A stretch of 64,000 nt of DNA from an uncultured Clostridia bacterium (GTDB taxonomy: Bacteria > Bacillota > Clostridia > TANB77 > CAG-508), in the NCBI GenBank assembly GCA_947627185.1, contig CANQVF010000001.1:35404-99403 (forward strand), in the 5' to 3' direction. A program made the position numbers and the translations under genes. Below are positions 61,899 to 64,000 of this stretch, piece by piece. Under the pieces are notes generated by a model. That model had not been told where the DNA came from, searched no databases, and saw only the letters and a program-made list of their open reading frames with translations. How positions within the stretch are numbered: the stretch's first letter is position 1; each line of letters begins with the position of its first letter.

Positions 61899-63137
61899 AT
61901 GGAAAAAAGAGTAGTAATTACAGGATTAGGAACAATAAATCCATTAGGAAAAAATGCAAAAGAAACATGGGAAGGAATTAAAGAAAAAAGATGTGGAATA
62001 GATAAAATAACATCATTTGATACAACAGGCTATAAATGTTCTTTAGCAGGAGAAGTAAAAAACTACAATCCAGCAGATTATTTAGATTTAAAGCAATCAA
62101 AAAGATTAGACAGAAGTTCACAATTTGCAATAATTGCAGCAAGAGAAGCAATGGCGGATAGTGGAGTAAATCATGAAAATACAGATTTTGAACGAGTAGG
62201 AGCATTTATAAGTTCTGGTATTGCAGGAATTCAAACAATTGAAGAACAATGTGAAATTTGCAATGTAAAAGGCTATAATAGATTATCTCCAATGTTTATT
62301 CCAATGGTAATTGCAAATATGCCAGCAGGAAATGTAACAATAGACTTAGGATTAAAAGGTGAATCAATTTCAATTGTAACAGCATGTGCTTCATCAACAC
62401 ACGCAATTGGAGAAGCTTTTAAAACTATAAAAGAAGGAACAGAAGATGTAATTTTAGCAGGAGGAACTGAAGCTTCTATTTGCAAACTTGGAATAGCAGG
62501 ATTTGAAAATATGAAAGCTTTATCTACTTCTCAAGATAAAAATAGAGCAAGTATTCCTTTTGATAAAGAAAGAACTGGTTTTATTATGGGAGAAGGAGGA
62601 GCAGTGCTTGTTTTAGAAGAATTAGAACATGCTAAAAAGAGAAATGCAAAAATTTATGCAGAAGTTATTGGTTATGGAGCAACTTCTGATGCATATCATA
62701 TAACTTCTCCAGCTCCAGATGGAGAAGGTGCAGCAAGAGCAATGAAAAGAGCTATGGAAAATGCTGGTATTAGTCCAAAAGATGTAGATTATATAAATGC
62801 ACATGGAACATCAACACATTTAAATGATATGTATGAAACTATGGCTATAAAAACAGCATTTGGAGAAGAAAGTAAAAATGTTATGGTAAGTTCAACAAAA
62901 GGAAACACAGGACATCTTTTAGGAGCAGCTGGAGCAATTGAAGCAATTTTTTCTGTTAAAGCTATTGAAGATGGAATTGTTCCACCAACAATTAATTACA
63001 AAGTAAAAGATGAAGATTGTGATTTAGATATTGTTCCAAATGAACTTAGAAAAAAAGATTTAAATATTGTTATGTCTAATTCTTTAGGATTTGGAGGACA
63101 TAACGCAAGTATTATTATAAAAAAATATGTAGATTAA
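61899..63137 (+). CDS. fabF: 3-oxoacyl-[ACP] synthase II
   Basis: The active-site Cys context (VTACASSTHAIG) and the HGTSTHLND / GHLLGAAGAIEA motifs. Confidence 0.93.
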   Translation: MEKRVVITGLGTINPLGKNAKETWEGIKEKRCGIDKITSFDTTGYKCSLAGEVKNYNPADYLDLKQSKRLDRSSQFAIIAAREAMADSGVNHENTDFERVGAFISSGIAGIQTIEEQCEICNVKGYNRLSPMFIPMVIANMPAGNVTIDLGLKGESISIVTACASSTHAIGEAFKTIKEGTEDVILAGGTEASICKLGIAGFENMKALSTSQDKNRASIPFDKERTGFIMGEGGAVLVLEELEHAKKRNAKIYAEVIGYGATSDAYHITSPAPDGEGAARAMKRAMENAGISPKDVDYINAHGTSTHLNDMYETMAIKTAFGEESKNVMVSSTKGNTGHLLGAAGAIEAIFSVKAIEDGIVPPTINYKVKDEDCDLDIVPNELRKKDLNIVMSNSLGFGGHNASIIIKKYVD

Positions 63138-63182
63138 AGAAAGGAGAATATGGTTATTTAAATTATTTTAAATATACCATAA

Positions 63183-63638
63183 ATGAGAATTATGGAATAT
63201 GAGAAAATAAAGCAATTAATGGATGATATGGGAAATTCAAAATTAACTTCTATTGATATTGATTTTCCAGATGGAACTAAAATTAGTATGAAAAAAGAAC
63301 CAAAAGAAACAGTAACAAAAGTAGAAAATGTTGCTTTAGAACCTAAAGAAGAGACAAAAAAAGAAAATAATCAAAAACTATTAGATGAAAAAGTAGAAGA
63401 AAACTATAATTTAGTAAAATCACCAATGGTTGGAACTTTTTATCTTAAACCATCACCAGATTCAAAGCCTTATGTTGAAGTTGGAAAAAAAGTTAAAAAA
63501 GGCGATGTTCTTTGCATAATTGAAGCAATGAAATTAATGAATGAAATAGAATCTGAATTTGATGGAGAAATTTCTGAAATTTTAGTAGAAGATGGAAGTC
63601 CAATCGAATATGGAAAGCCATTATTTAAGATAAAATAA
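63183..63638 (+). CDS. accB: acetyl-CoA carboxylase biotin carboxyl carrier protein
   Basis: The C-terminal biotinyl domain [24 protein letters not shown]. The exact start (63183 versus 63192) is uncertain. Confidence 0.88.
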   Translation: MRIMEYEKIKQLMDDMGNSKLTSIDIDFPDGTKISMKKEPKETVTKVENVALEPKEETKKENNQKLLDEKVEENYNLVKSPMVGTFYLKPSPDSKPYVEVGKKVKKGDVLCIIEAMKLMNEIESEFDGEISEILVEDGSPIEYGKPLFKIK

Positions 63639-63720
63639 TTTGTAAAATAAGATAATTTATATAAAAAGATTATTTATATAATGTAAAAAAGATATTAATA
63701 AAATTTATAAGAGGTAAAAA

Positions 63721-64000
63721 ATGCTTAATAAAGAAGAAATTAAAAAAATTATTCCACAAAGAGAACCATTTTTAATGATAGATGAAGTTGAAACTTTTAT
63801 TCCAGGAGATAGTGCAACAGCATATAAACATGTAAATGAAGAAGAATGGTATTTTAAAGGACATTTTCCAGGAAATCCGATAATGCCAGGAGTTTTAATT
63901 ACGGAAAGTTTGGCTCAAACAGGAGCAGTTGCTATTCTTAGTATGGAAGAAAATAAAGGTAAAAATGCTTTATTTGGTGGAATAGATAAAATGAAATTTA
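63721..64000 (+). CDS. fabZ: 3-hydroxyacyl-[ACP] dehydratase FabZ, 3'-truncated by the window
   Basis: MLNKEEIKKIIPQREPFLMIDEV ... GHFPGNPIMPGVLITESLAQ, the canonical FabZ. RBS agaggtaaaaa then ATG. Confidence 0.9.
   Translation, partial: MLNKEEIKKIIPQREPFLMIDEVETFIPGDSATAYKHVNEEEWYFKGHFPGNPIMPGVLITESLAQTGAVAILSMEENKGKNALFGGIDKMKF

Overview
This is a very AT-rich (about 27-28% GC), Clostridia-like chromosomal core segment from a spore-forming Firmicute (SpoIIP, SigH-like sigma factor, DacF-type carboxypeptidase). No transposase, integrase, CRISPR array or recognisable defence or toxin cassette is visible. Genes run mostly on the + strand in compact operons. In order they are: relA (5'-truncated by the window), an MBL-fold hydrolase, hisS, spoIIP, tmcAL, rnhA, coaE, queA-tgt, a WG-repeat surface protein, an HDIG hydrolase, a divergent SecD/SecF-like pair, rpsO-pnp, a GT2 synthase, murB, a YvcK-like protein, a glycogen-debranching-type enzyme, an ATP-grasp protein, rny, a SigH-like sigma factor, tRNA-Thr, ychF, a mini sorting-signal protein, a fused Wzz/BY-kinase with a long novel C-terminal extension, an acidic protein, metG, a tmk-like kinase, a second WG-repeat protein, a DUF1540-like mini-ORF, fba, smpB, a sortase, a class A PBP, alkD-like, CmpB-like, rpmB, rpmE, dacF, pfkA, tig-clpP-clpX, a Na/Pi cotransporter, rluD, a fatty-acid CoA ligase, and a BPL-fabD-fabG-fabF-accB-fabZ cluster. 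Two things stand out. First, six single-base frameshifts interrupt five otherwise conserved genes (MBL hydrolase, tgt, metG, smpB, dacF twice), and each site is explained by one extra C immediately 5' of GG; this looks like a systematic sequence artefact or else recent pseudogenisation. Second, the unusually long (about 670 bp) rpsO-pnp spacer holds a 27-bp perfect inverted repeat around a GC-rich, roughly 87-nt core, flanked by AT-only tandem repeats; it could be an RNase III-processed pnp leader or a MITE-like insertion. Several proteins are divergent or unusual: the orphan fused BY-kinase lacking a C-terminal tyrosine cluster, the SecDF-like pair, and a membrane-anchored YvcK-like protein. 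All product assignments rest on motifs and families recalled from memory; nothing was searched.
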